From positions 17,546,001 to 17,610,000 of the forward strand of contig JAQFVV010000005.1 of assembly GCA_028023455.1 (NCBI GenBank): a stretch of 64,000 nt of DNA. Direction: 5' to 3'. This stretch comes from Epiperipatus broadwayi. Taxonomy: Eukaryota; Animalia; Onychophora. Below the pieces are notes generated by a model. The model did no database searches. It had not been told where the DNA came from and was given only the letters and a program-made list of their open reading frames with translations. The translations under genes were made by a program, and so were the position numbers. This document shows positions 29,892-43,169 of the stretch, one piece after another. Positions within the stretch are counted from its first letter, which is position 1. Each line of letters begins with the position of its first letter.

Positions 29892-32365
29892 GGAATAATG
29901 CCAAAATAATATAAAACATTTCTATAGATTTAATAATTTTCAAGATTCAATAAAAAACATGATGGTTGTTTTTTTTTGTTTTTTTTTAAAAAGTCACTGA
30001 CAAATTCATTAAATCAGAACAAAATGACATGGGCAATTTGTATTATAAAGATAGAAGCATGAATTTTCTTTCTTTAATAATTATTTATGCTTTTTCAAAC
30101 AAATTCTACTAGTATAGATGATATTTGAACATATAATTAAAATAAAGCATTTTTACACATGGAATACATACTAAAAATAAATTTATAGTAAATTTATTGG
30201 TAGTTTGTTTTAACAAGATGTGAAAGCTAATAGTAATATAAATATATAAAAAAAGACATTAACTATAACATCATAATAAAATACAATAGAATAAATACAA
30301 TACTTTTAAATTATAATAGTGATACATTATACTGAAGTACTTTTGATTACTTAGATTATTGTCAGGAGGAACTTATGTTATCACAGATATTAGCAAATAG
30401 ACAATCCAGTAATATCAAAATATACTATTACTGTGAAATCCACATGACTTCTGTATCCAAATCACATAACTTTAGGTGATAATGATAACAATGTAAGTAA
30501 GTGAAAGTATTAGCATATAAATTATATATTTTTACTATTTGACTGAATCAATATTATAATTTATAAGTATTACATAAAGATATTTGGGATAACATTAATT
30601 TATATATATTATAACGTTTTCCGTTTGGTTAGGCCTCTACATGCTAATATAAACTGCGCGAGTTGATCAAGCTATGTCAAAAAAGAAGAAAGTTGTATTT
30701 CTATCCTAAAAACACAGCTATATTTCCTGATCAACTCAGCCTAGTAATTGTTGAGAATTATGCTATCGACGAGATCAGCTTTTAATTTATTTGAAAGGTG
30801 CCAGAGTCTGCAAGAACCCACTGAACCGTCACATAGCATCTCGCAAATTAAAAAGAAAAGATATTTTTAAACTAATCGGTATTACATCATACCGTAATGA
30901 GAATTATTTTTTTTAAGATTATTATTCCTGGGCTTATTGAAACATATTGGCAAAGGTAAATTACATTTTAAATCTCATTAGACTAATAATAAAATAATAA
31001 TAATTAATATTAATAACGCACTAATGAAAATTGGTTTTAGAAATATTTTTATTCTAATAGACTAAAAAAATATTTGAAATAAATTACTTATCAAGTAAAT
31101 TAGAGAGAACACAACTCAGACGTGAATCCATTAATAAAAAACAATTTTACAATTACTGTTCATATCTAAATATCTTCTAGAAAGTTCCTTAAAAAAAATG
31201 AATGTCTCTTGTACAAGAAAATTAATGTCTCTATCAGGATTGTTTAAACATACTTTTAGAAATTGTTTGAAAACGTTTAATTTGGTCACAATCAGGAGCA
31301 ATGAAGTATAACTTACTGGTAAGTTTTGTGAATTCAGTAGTAGATAACTATGCATAGTTTTTTGGGTAGAATGAGCTCGGCCTTTTGGTTATTATTTGAT
31401 CTTGTGGTCCATTCTCCTAGTCGGTCATGAAGGTTTTTCCTGGTGTACATCTTCAGGCACGATGTTCGCAGAAGCTCCGGTTCACTCCGGCATGCCGAAT
31501 TATTTCAGTGTAGGGCGATCCTGGATGTATTATTGTTATCCAGGACCAACTAGAGAGACTAACGGAACAAGATGTTCTTCAAACTGACCTCTGCCTTTTA
31601 TACTAGAGGCCCAGTTTTCCGACTTCTGCACATATCTTTTGTTTGTCAAAATATACGTTGATAATCTTATATATTCTTTATAAAATTTATGTAACAAAGT
31701 CTTTATTTTTTTCAGCAAAATTCTGCCATCTTTAATTAGTTGAAGTATTTTTACTTTCTCTTATCTAGATTGGTAATTTATGTCTTTTGTTCTCTCCAAT
31801 TCTACTTTATTTCTAATTACATTAAAAAAATACGAAAAAATAATTTAACTTTCACTGTACATTATTTTTTAAAAAAAAATTAGTCAAAAAAAAATCCAAT
31901 TTTACTTTTATTTTTTAGCTTTTACCAAATGCCAATATATTTGCAATGTATATAAATAAACGTTACAATATATAAAGTATGGTTTCTATCTCTCATTTTT
32001 CAAGAAACTGGAGGAGATAAATGATAGATGCAGAAAAACAATAAAAATAAAAACATTCTAAAAATTTTCTGGTTTCAGGATTTAAAAAAACATACGGTAG
32101 ATGTGGAAAAATAATATACTCAGTAATGAAAACCTCATGATGGGAAAAAATCAGTAATAAAAATAAATTACAAGCTTTTGAGACCATTCACAAAAAGCAA
32201 AAAAAGTGAAGAAATCGATACTCAAACAAATTGCAAATATGATTAGATCAATATCATCATTATAATTAAATTCATTGAAAAAGTTTAAACATTTTTAAAT
32301 AATTGAAAAAACCCTCGAAAAAGAGTGTTAGGAGTTAAAAGTGTCAGTTGTTTAGGAAGAATAAA

Positions 32366-32973
32366 TAAAACAGGAAAAACTCACTATATATATTGCCACA
32401 CACAGCAAGCTAGAGTAATCAATGGATTCCAGAAGGCTTGTGCATAGTGCCTACTCATTCAATATCCTTAGACTAGTGTCTGGTTTATGGCCTTCATCAG
32501 TGAGGAGCCTTGGATCTGAGAGCACTGCATCTAGATCTTAGGATCTAATGCAACCAATCCTGCCTAATAGGATAGTGTTGGCTATGGTTATTAAAGAACC
32601 AAAGACACCAAAATGTATGAGTACTGAACTGGGTTCAGACCCATATGACTATATAAGCTGATGGGCTTGGATTGAAAACATTAAGGTGTTTTCAATTAAA
32701 GATTCATATTTTTGTAGTTAAATGGAAATAAAAGGTGGTTGCTGTAGGGTTTCATTAGATCCTAAGATCTAGATGCAGTGCTCTCAGATCCAAGGCTCCT
32801 CACTGACAAAGGCCATAAGCCAGAAACTAGTCTGAGGATATTGGATGAATAGGCACTACATGGGGATTTTATGCATAGCTTGCTGTGTGTGGCAATATAT
32901 ATAGTGAGTTTTGCCTGTTTTAGCAACAGTTATACACAAGCATAAGAGGAGGTAGTCATGTGATGTTTATTGG
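32366..32973. mobile_element. Family D fold-back HHR element, arms 32366-32555 and 32747-32922
   Basis: The arms are reverse complements. Each arm has an HHR with different lesions: GAAA to GACA on the left, CTGATGA to CTGACAA on the right. Confidence 0.9.
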
Positions 32974-34420
32974 CTTAAGAATAAATAAAATATTACCTTG
33001 TTTTGTGTGTATAAAAGAGCATATTGTTATTTTTCATATTAGTACTAAAAGCATGTGTTTGAAAGATTGGTGTGAAATGAATAGAGATGAGATGGATGAA
33101 TTCGACAATTATAATAATGAATCTGACTTTAAGCAAACTAAAAAAAACCAAGTAGATGGTAGATCATTCTGAAAAAATGCTATCTAGAAGATTAGAAAAA
33201 ATAATATCGATTTGATGGCACATAATATTAACAATATACATAGAAGGAACAAAAATTAAGCAGTAGCAAATATAAATTAAAATTTTTAAAAAATCATCAA
33301 AATAGTCTTAACATTAGTTTGAAATATGTGTATATTTATATAATGGCACATAATTATAATGCTTAACAAGTAATGAATGAAATGACTCAAGCATTGAGTT
33401 GTCCTCTAACTGTAAGATTTGATATTTTTTGCAATAAGAAATGATCATTTTTTATTGTGTTCTAAGATACTATATACAGGGTTATCATGAACAACTTTGG
33501 CTAGAGGAGTGAATGCAGTTTTAAAATGAGTAAAAAATAGTTGTGCTCTGTAAATTAAAAAAATGAATCAGTTTAAATTATTTTGCTTTAATATCACTGA
33601 ACGTGTTCATGAAAATTAACTATATAAATATCTTAAATCACAGTAAAAAACAGCCACTATCTTATTACAAAAATGATCATAGAGGACATTTCAATTATTT
33701 ATAGAAACTGCGCTTAAACAATCATGTCATTCATTATATATATATATATAACAATTTTTCAAAAATATTTTAAGTGTATAAATGATATCACTCAAAAATT
33801 TATAGTTATAATTTATTATAAAGTGACAAAAAATACTTCACATGGAATAAAAAAAATAGTTGGCAAAACCAATAAATACAATAAAGACATTTATAATAAG
33901 GACATTTTCAACTTAATATAAATAGATAAGACATCATTAATTCAAAATTTCTGGTTCCATATTTTTTACAGATTTGAGTTTTTTTTGGATTTCAACAATA
34001 GGTCTTTCATCCTTTTATTGCAAATTCAAAATCTGCTAAGACAGAAAAAAGAAAACAGACACACTGCAATTAGAATTTTTAATATTTATTGATTTTTTTT
34101 TCTCTTCTTTACATTATTTATAAATGTATGAACAAATTAACTTATTTGTTGCAAAAGATTAAAGATTACCTTTGAAATTTTGTTTGAGAGAAGTTTTTGA
34201 ATGTTCTGATTAATAGTATTCTATTTATATGCACAAAAAATACAGTTAACAAGATTTATAAAAAGAGTTTAAACACTTTTTATAATGGAAAATGTTGTAT
34301 TTATATCACATTATTTTACCATATATCCAAAATACAAATATATAAAAAGTTATATTTGTTTAATATTACCAGTACTGACTATCAAAGAATAAAAAAAAAG
34401 TACAATAAGTATATATCTTT

Positions 34421-34530
34421 GTCTTGCATTGGTGGTCGAGAGGTCAGCGCGACTGCCTTGCATTAGCAGGCACTTGCCCGGGTTGCGGGTTCGCGTCCCG
34501 GCCGATGCTATGACACTTAAAAAAAAAAAA
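34421..34530 (+). mobile_element. tRNA-derived SINE, copy 2 (subfamily a)
   Basis: Acceptor-stem-like GCATTGG/CCGATGC, a poly-A tail and a perfect 14 bp TSD AAGTATATATCTTT (34407-34420 and 34531-34544). Confidence 0.92.
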
Positions 34531-34866
34531 AAGTATATATCTTTTATCTCACACACACAAAAAAAATTGTCACAGCATTTAACAAATCAATCCCAACATT
34601 CATTGTATTTTGAAAAAAAAAAATCTCAAGATTTATTATATGCTGAGACAAAAGGTGCAAAAACAGTATTTTTCATATTTTTAATACAAAACAAAAAAGA
34701 AACTTCACACAGGAAAAAAAAAGATTTCTGGATGGTATTAAAAATAAAAAATAAATGAAGATGTTTTCATACATTCTACAATAGCTTGCATCGTTATAAC
34801 CCAAAGCATGTATTAATAGAGAATAAAAAAAGTATTAAGAACAATATATTACCGTGAGCAGGGGCA

Positions 34867-34878
34867 GCGGCCATTTTG
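34867..34878 (+). promoter_or_regulatory. YY1/Pho-like motif in a short CpG-retaining patch
   Basis: GCGGCCATTTTG with several CpGs nearby; motif match only. Confidence 0.3.
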
Positions 34879-35825
34879 ATTCGCCGGAATTACTAGTCAT
34901 GGCTTACGTGACAATGGATGAAGCAGCATAATAAGAAGAGTACCAGGCAAGGTTATAATAATGAAGATTAGTAACAGAGAAACAGGAGTTGGTAGAAACA
35001 TATTCAGAATAAGAAAGACATAAATGAGAATAAGGTTTTCTAAACTAGATCTATAATTCTAAAAATGGACAAAAGTGAGAATAATCCAAAGCTATCGACA
35101 TGCAAACTACGAGTGTCTCACAAGTGCCATAATATAATGAGAAAGGAATATGGTGAAAAGTGGAATAATTAAATGATGGAAAAAATAAAAAATAAACAAT
35201 TCAAATTTAAAAAAGATGCATAAAATATTATTAATTTATATGTATTTAATAAATATACAATCTCTGTCCTTTTTAAAATAAATATACTTAATTGTGAATC
35301 GCTTTTGATAAATATACATCATAAGCAGTAAAGTCTGGAAAAAAAAATCATATTACGATTTATTATATAAAAACATTTTCATTCTCCAACTAAAAATAGA
35401 AAATTATCTTTAACCACTTCAGATATTGCTTTTGTTCAAGAGTTGCAAAATAATTAATTGTATGCAATACCAAACTGTCACATGATATTTAAGTCTTTTT
35501 TCTTTAAAAACTTTTAGAAAACCTAACAACATGTGATCCTTAAATTTTTATCATTTTAATAAACCATAACTATAATTAAAGATATAGATACACAATTAAC
35601 TCATTTGAAAAAGAAAGTTTAACCTAAATAAATTAAAAAACAGCTTCTTTAGCATAAACTGTATTAAAAATGTGATGTTTTATTAATGAAAATAATTGAA
35701 ATTAAAACTTCATTATGCCTATTGGAAAATTGTCCAGTGAAATGTTAGTGTGGAAGGAATGATTTGCAAGCTTCAGAGGGGAGAAATAAAATTTAAAGAA
35801 TAATTACTATGTACTATATTTTCTA

Positions 35826-36225
35826 TAAACAAAGCAAAGCAAAAACTCCATATAGTAGTGCCACCTGTGCTAAACAGAGTAATCAATGGATGCCAGAAGG
35901 CTTATGCATAAAATCCCTATCTAATGCCTACTCATCCAATACTCAGACTAGTTTCTGGCTTGTGGCCTTCATCAGTGAGGAGCTTTGGATCTGAGAGCAC
36001 TGCATCTAGATCTTAGGATCTAATGCAACCCTCTAGCAACCACCTTTTTATCTCTACTTAACTACAAAACTATGAGCATGAAATTGAAAACACAAAAAGT
36101 ATTTTCAATTTAAGCTCAATAGCTTACATAGTCATATGGGTCTGAACTCAGTTCAGCACCCATACATTTTGGTGTCTTTGGCTCTTTAACAACCATAGCC
36201 ACCACTACCCTATTAGGCAGGATTG
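35826..36225 (-). mobile_element. Family D near-full-length copy
   Basis: Colinear, in reverse, with 32556-32920. Confidence 0.9.
35942..35979 (-). ncRNA. Minimal type I HHR motif, variant core
   Basis: CTCA-CTGATGA-A-GGC-CACAA-GCC-A-GAAA-CTAG-TC-TGAG, with a palindromic stem III ACUAGU and a GUC triplet. Confidence 0.78.
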
Positions 36226-36350
36226 GTATTAAACCAGCAAGCATCACATGATCACATCTCCAATACTAGCACATGGAGTTTTGCTTTGTTTATAAACAAT
36301 TATGTGCTAGTATTGGAGATGTGATCATGTGATGCTTGCTGGTTTAATAC
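36226..36350. repeat. Perfect 49 bp inverted repeat of the family D 3' terminus (36226-36274 and 36302-36350)
   Basis: Exact reverse-complement arms, read directly. Confidence 0.93.
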
Positions 36351-37426
36351 TATATTTTCTTATGTTCATTGCTAGATTAATTTAACAAATATTTAACAGT
36401 CAAAAATTAAATATAAAAACAGGATAAATGTCTTCAATCATAAATTTAAAACAGGCAAAACTCTCCATACAGTAATCGTGATGTTTATTGGCAATCATAA
36501 ATTTACATGGTTTTTTTTTTATAAAAGTTTAACAGTATATTTTATTAGATTACAAATACATAAACTAAATAAAATATTAAATAAATATTGTTAACTAAAA
36601 TATGCAAGCTGTCTAAATAAATAAATACATCTATAAATAACAAAACCTACATATATCAATATTTGAACAAAGTAATTATATTATAAAATGGCCAAACATG
36701 CTTTTGGTGCAGTATAACAAATACATGGCAGTCAACTATCAGAATGAAAAAAAAAACAATCTTATTTAATAACCAATATTCCAAAGCATGCTCAGTTAAG
36801 TACTACTTAGCAATATCCTAGCTTCTTTAATTTTTCTTTTCCTATCATTTGATTTATTATATATAGTGCTAATTTTCTGAAGACAATAACCATGACCAGT
36901 CTGCTTCATGACAGAAATAAATGGAATTAGGTTGAAAATTAAATGTTTAAATTTTTTTATATTGATAATATATTGCTTAAGACCTTTAAACAAATTAGCT
37001 TTAGTTTTATTTGCTAAACAATCAGGTTCTATATATATATATAACAGAATATACAATTTGATGTTTATCAGCTGATTTATTCTATCTTTAATATTCTATT
37101 TAATGAGAATTAAATCCAATATTAAAATCTTTAATATTTTGATGTACCTGTGTTTCATCACTTATAGATAATATATTGTACAGAGTTAATTTTGTTCTTC
37201 TAAATTTATATTTCAGCACACATAGTTTATTGTTAGTTTCATATACATAATTCAATAAAAAATATATGTATATAATTATATAGATAAAAGGTAAAATAGC
37301 ATTTTTAAAAATATAATTAATTAAATGCAAGACATTTCAAAAAGAATAGTGAAGGAAGAGGCAATATTCAGCAGGTTCGCCAATTGACAAGTTGAATTTA
37401 GCAGTTGAAGTTAGGAAATATAAAAG

Positions 37427-37463
37427 TTCTGAAGAAGATTGCTGGGGCAATTGAAACTGTAAA
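37427..37463 (+). ncRNA. Isolated HHR-like motif
   Basis: TT-CTGAAGA-A-GATTGC-TGGG-GCAATT-GAAA-CTG-TA-AA; stem II is good but stem I is only 2 bp. Confidence 0.4.
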
Positions 37464-37943
37464 AGAGACTGGTAAATAAAGCATTGTATAACAGTAGTGT
37501 AGTAAAGTGCATGGATGATTTAGTATTATATGAAAATTGACAAGTTGTGAAAGTTTGAGCAATTTTACATGCCCATTTTAATCAAAATTAAATATCCATT
37601 TACTGACCAATACTGGATAGCTATTTAGTATGGCTATAAGCAGGATACTTGAAAAAAAAGCCTATTAATAACTTTTGACTTTGGAACAGAATTGAAACAT
37701 ATTCATGAGCATGGAAGGCAGTCATACTCCTGTTGTATCATAAAGATCTCTATTTTTATATTAAAACATATTTTATACAGATTTATCAGAATTATTGGGG
37801 GGAATCCCTTGTGTGAAGTACAATTACAAAATAACTTAATAGATTTGGAAATATTGAAGCTAAAATTTATATGTCAACATAACATTTTTTTCTACTTGAT
37901 TCTCTCATTTATTGGAAGCTTAAATAATTAATATATGCTTGAG

Positions 37944-38195
37944 GTGCTGTCTTATCCATAATTCCAAGACTAGTTTCTGGATTATGACTTTCATAAGTGA
38001 AGAGTTTTTTGGATCTGACACTATTACAACTAGATATATGGATCTAATATCTCTTCATCCAGTAGGTAACTTTTACACTTTTTTAAAAACCATTAAGCTA
38101 TCAGTCTGAAAATCAAAAACAATGCTTTGAATCCAAGCCAACTTATTTATAAAGATATCATACCAGTTCAGTAACTACAAATTTTGGTGTCCTTC
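37944..38195 (-). repeat. Diverged family D copy
   Basis: AGACTAGTTTCTGG...TTCATAAGTGA...TTGGATCTGA...ATTTTGGTGTC. Confidence 0.7.
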
Positions 38196-38989
38196 CTTTT
38201 AAGAGATAGAACTAGAGTAGAAAAATATAGTTTGCTATGTTGAAATCATGTGATTTTTTTTCAAAATTTAATAATAATGTGAATAATTTTTGATAACAAT
38301 ATTAAGTATCTCTATATATTACATTATTTGAAGTAAGAATTTATATATATAGCAAAATGGAATAAAAAAATAAAATTTGTTTCCTGAAAAACTATGTGTT
38401 AACTGAGATTATGAGTTGCTATTTTGGTTCGATAGTAATAATGTAAATAATTTTTAATACAGATATTCAATTGTTTGAAGTGAATGCCGTTTTTTGTCTG
38501 AAACCTTCAAAATAATTTTAAAGTATACAGACAGTAATATACAATAGTTGACATTTTATATAAATTGTATTAAGTTTAAAAGTAAATACAAATCATGCAT
38601 TCTACAATATGACATCTCTTTCACCTGTGATGAAGGCTGCATTATATTACTTTTATATGTTTTGTTTTTAATAGTAACATATCGATGCTCACCTGACTAA
38701 CCAATATAAACTTGGGACTATTATCATCTAACTAACAATAACTAGATACCCATTTACTATATAATGATGAAAAGTGAAAGATCAACTGTTGCCCAGTTAC
38801 TTAAAAAAAAAATCCATTCTTGTGGCTTGAAAAAATATTAACTCAAATTCCAGATCATGTCAGACTAAACAACTATTGATCGCACATCAAAAAATAACTA
38901 TTTTTAAAAAAAATGAAGATAATGTTACTAATGATTATAACATTTTTAAAATTATAATTAGTAGCATCATTTTCAATGATTATTGATAC

Positions 38990-39640
38990 ATTTCAGGATG
39001 AAGATCTCTCCAAGTTTAATACAATTTCACTGATTCACAACTCCACATTATTTCAAAAAATTCCTTAGCTGAAACTATTCATCTCACAGCTAGTTTCTTT
39101 CTAGATCTTTATAATCTTGATATTCCATTTAAAATATCAACTATCCATCTACTAGCATCTCATCTAGCAATATGTCTAATTCCATTTCAGCCTTTTAATT
39201 TTTTTGAATAATGACAACGATATTTGCTTATTCTTTTACTTATCTGTTTCACTTTCAATCTAAATCATTACACTTCTCTCCATGCTTTTTATATATTCCA
39301 AAATTTTTATAGTACTCTTTTATTAAACATCCAAATATCATATTTTTTTCCAAATATACAGACATATTTCTTTTTAATGCTGAATTACTTACATCAAAAA
39401 TAATTCTATCTAAATTCATTTCTTTGATTAAATTCACCCATTAGTCACATTAATGATATGACTAAGACATTTGTAATTGTTAACTTCTATTTAATCATTA
39501 ATAATCTTTATTTTCTCATCACTGGAAATTCATTGAACTATAGTTGTTGTTTTTTTAGCATTATTTCTAGATCCAATTTCTTGCTTCCATCTGACAGTTC
39601 TTGTAACATGCATTCACACATACATAAACAACTGCATTCA
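38990..39640 (-). pseudogene. RTE-like LINE reverse transcriptase C-terminal relic
   Basis: Minus frames give NAKKTTTI, IEVNNYKCLSHII and KEMNLDRIIFDVSNSALK, resembling NxxKTKxM, IExVxxYKYLGxxI and EIxxRIxxAxxAF. Stops and frameshifts are present. Confidence 0.5.
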
Positions 39641-40145
39641 ACAATAACTTTCTGAAAATGTTTTTGAATTTGACTTGAAAGCAATTCTGTTTTTTTAATG
39701 ATAAATTTTATATTAGTTTTGTATTATTTTATTCTATATACTCTACACTAAGAGTACTACCTCACTTAATGTACTTTATTATAGAGTGATCTATTAGAAA
39801 CTTGAGTTATAATAAATACTATATGGCAGTAATGACAATCTTTGATGTAAAAAACCAGAAACTAGACTGAGGAATTAAATATAACATTATCATCTAGTAT
39901 CCAACGATTACTCAAGCTTATACCAGATGGTTCTAAAGTAAAGCAACAGAATAAATTATTGCTCAAATACAAATGTTATTAATAAATTTAAAAAAATCAG
40001 GTTGTGTATTGTTTGATACATTAAATTTCTATTTTAAAATATAGTTTTTAATGTATATTTTTTTATAAATACTTTTAGCTCTTTTTCTGCATTAATTGTA
40101 AATAAGCATTCATTTTTGTATGACGCTATGCATACAATTGTATAC

Positions 40146-40552
40146 ATTCAAAGATCAGCCTTTCAAGCTAATTGTGCATGCATTTTCTGCGAGTGTTAAA
40201 TAATAAATGAATACTTCACTCTACAATACAAGATATAGTATTTATGCAGGAATAAAAGGAATCCTCTTATTCCTACAACTCAAATTCTTTTAGTAAATTC
40301 TAGACAATTTCACCGACGTCATTCATTCCAACATCATAGATAGTAATTTAAAGTGAGAATTCTACTCTCACGCTTTCCTCAACAGTACTTCAGATTTGCT
40401 CATATAAAAGAATTTGAATTGTAGGAATAAGAGGATTCCTTTTATTCCTGCATAAATACTATATCTTGTATTGTAGAGTGAAGTATTCATTTATTAGTTA
40501 ACACTCGCAGAAGATGCATGCACAATTAGCTTGAAAGGCTGATCTTTGAATG
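40146..40552. repeat. Near-perfect fold-back (family E), arms ~40146-40290 and ~40404-40552
   Basis: The ~145 bp arms are almost identical in reverse complement. Confidence 0.92.
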
Positions 40553-40562
40553 CATTAATTGT

Positions 40563-42362
40563 AATAAATTAAAAATGTTTGACCATTTAAAAACAGAAAA
40601 GGCTTTCATTGGTTTAAAATATCTTTATTCTAGCTTAGTGCTTTTGATACTACTAGTATCATAATCATAGCTTTGTAGATTTAATTTCACTAAAATCTAA
40701 TATGATATGTATTTTTTTAGTTTATTGGATTTGCATAAAATTGAATTTGTTGTTTTATTTATGTTTAAATATATGTAAAAGATGTTAGAGAGGCCATTTT
40801 TTGCTAGAGAGATGCTAGCTTCTTTTTTATTTAATGCTTGTTTGTCTTTAGTTATAGTCCATGCCTCTTTCATCTTTCTCTTTCTGCTGTCTCTCTCAGT
40901 AAATGTAATGTCTGCTTTAGAAAGATAAAATTTGTGGCCTGACTACAGCTCATGCTCCAAAAATATAGACTATTCACTGTTTCTTTTTGTCTTGTTGTAT
41001 AATTAATTATGTTGAGCCAGTCTTGTGGACAGGTTAATCCTAGTTTCTCCTTAGTATACATTAAAACAATTCAAATTTTTGTGGACTATTTTATATACTA
41101 CTTGGTGTGAAGCCTCCCTAGTTACTTTGCCTTTAGAGTTGTTTAAGAACTTATTTAAAGAAGTGACTGAAAACTTATGTTATATTTATCAGCACATATG
41201 TTTCTTTTCTGCATGATCTTTGACATGTAAGATAGACTAGACTATATTTTCTTCTTGGAACAGAATTGTAGTGGGTTTCTAACTTTGCTGTAGAATTGTT
41301 CTATTGTAGCATTATTTTTATTTTATACCCCATATTTATTAGATCTTTCATATATGTCGCTATATTGTTTCTCCAATCTGCTTCAAAATTGCATAATTTT
41401 AAGTTTCTGTGGAGAAAATTATAATATGGAATTGAAGCCAGTAAACATGAGAGGTATGATACACCCTAGTTCATTAACCCCCATGTCCCATAAATATGTA
41501 GGGCTGAAAGGTTTTCTCCACAGAAATTTAAAATTATGCAAATTTGAAGTAGATTTGAGAAACAATATAGAGATAGATACAAATGATCTAATAAATATGG
41601 GGTGTAATTTCAAAGAAATTAATGCTACAATACAAAAATTCCACAACAAAATTAGGAACCCAGTACAACTCTGCTCAGAGGAGAAAAATGGACTAGTCTA
41701 TTCTAAGTGTCAAAGATTATGCAGAAATTAAAAAAGATATGTGCCAATAAATATTATATAAGTTTCTGGTCACCTCCATAAGTTGTTAAACAACTTTAAA
41801 GACAAGATAACTAAAAAAGCTGCACATCAAATAGTATATAAAATAGTGTACAAAAATTTGAATTGTTTCAATGTATACTATAGAGAAACTAGGGCTAACC
41901 TGTCCACAAGACTGGTCCAACACAATTACTTATACAACAAGGCAAAAAGAATCAGTGAATACTCATCAATATTTTTGGAGCATGAGCTGCAGACAGGCCA
42001 CAAATTTGATCTCTGTAAAGCAGACATTATATGCACTGAGATGACAGAAAGAGAAAAACATGGATTATAGTCAAGGACAAGCACACACTAAATAAAAAAG
42101 AAGTTAGTATTCCTCTATCCAAAAAATAACCTCTCTAACATCTTTTACATAGATTTGAAAATAAATAAAACAACATATTTAATTTTATGTAAATAACAAA
42201 CACTAATCAAATACATATAATATGAGATTTTAGCAAAATTAAGTGTACAAAGCTACAATTATGATACTAGTAGTATTGAAAATGCTAAGCTAGAATAAAG
42301 ATATTTAAAACCAATGAAAGTCCCCTTTTTTTTTAGATGGTCAAACATTTATTAATTTATTT
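40563..42362. mobile_element. Penelope-like element relic as a large inverted duplication (arms ~40563-41418 and ~41512-42362)
   Basis: The plus frames give MIHPSSLTPMSHKYVGLKGFLHR (PLE RT C-terminus) and VYKI...YYRETRANLSTRLVQH...HELQTGHKFD (GIY-YIG). The left arm has GET at the equivalent position. The terminal repeats carry a decayed HHR at ~42251-42291. Confidence 0.9.
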
Positions 42363-43169
42363 ATTTTTTTTAAAAAATAAAATAAAAACAAATCTTATCA
42401 CATGCAGATAGCTCTTAAAGATGGTAATTTGATTGTACTCCCTAAAATTTTATTTTTTTTAAAATTTCTTTTCTATTAAGCAACAATAATTATTTTGAAA
42501 AAGTAAGTCATGAAAAAGGCCGATAAACAGTCAAAACATAAAAAGTATATGTTTAAATTTAAAATGTATAATAAACAGCATTGAACTGGTGAATGATGTA
42601 TTTTAAAAGTCATGTTTTAAATAAAGATTATTTTTAATCTACCATAAATGATAAATCTTAAAGATAATTCTTTTTTTAAAAAAAATTGAAATAAAATCAT
42701 GTTTCAAAAGTAAATTTCTCATTAAACAAAATATGCAATTACTTTCTAATCATCTAGAATTAAAAATGATAGGAAATCATATTAATATATTTCCATTTTT
42801 AGTCATAAAAAAAAATTACAATACAAAATAAAAAACTTTAATGAGTTATAAATTTTTAAAAATATGACATTTGTAAGTTATTTTTTAAAAAATGCATGTG
42901 TTTTCTTTTTCAAATCATTTCCATCATTCTTTTCAATATTCTGCAACATGTACTTAAAAATTTTTTGCTGGTTTAAATATTACCCACCCAAAGATAGTTC
43001 TGGAGGTTGAAATAATAAAATATTAAAATCACATACTATGATATTTGGTCCTCTCATATAAAATAAAATATTTATTACACACACAAAAAAATTAATCATT
43101 GTAATACTTATATATCTTTGGCCAAATAAAAAATTAAATTTGTAACAAATATTTATTTTTTCATTCTCT

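Noticed and set aside
34421-34510. Functional tRNA-Gly gene
   Set aside because: The anticodon arm is replaced by an extended hairpin, and the poly-A tail, TSD and multiple diverged copies indicate a SINE.
40500-40552. HHR in family E (CAGAAGA...GAAA)
   Set aside because: The core is mutated in both arms and stems II and III do not pair convincingly.
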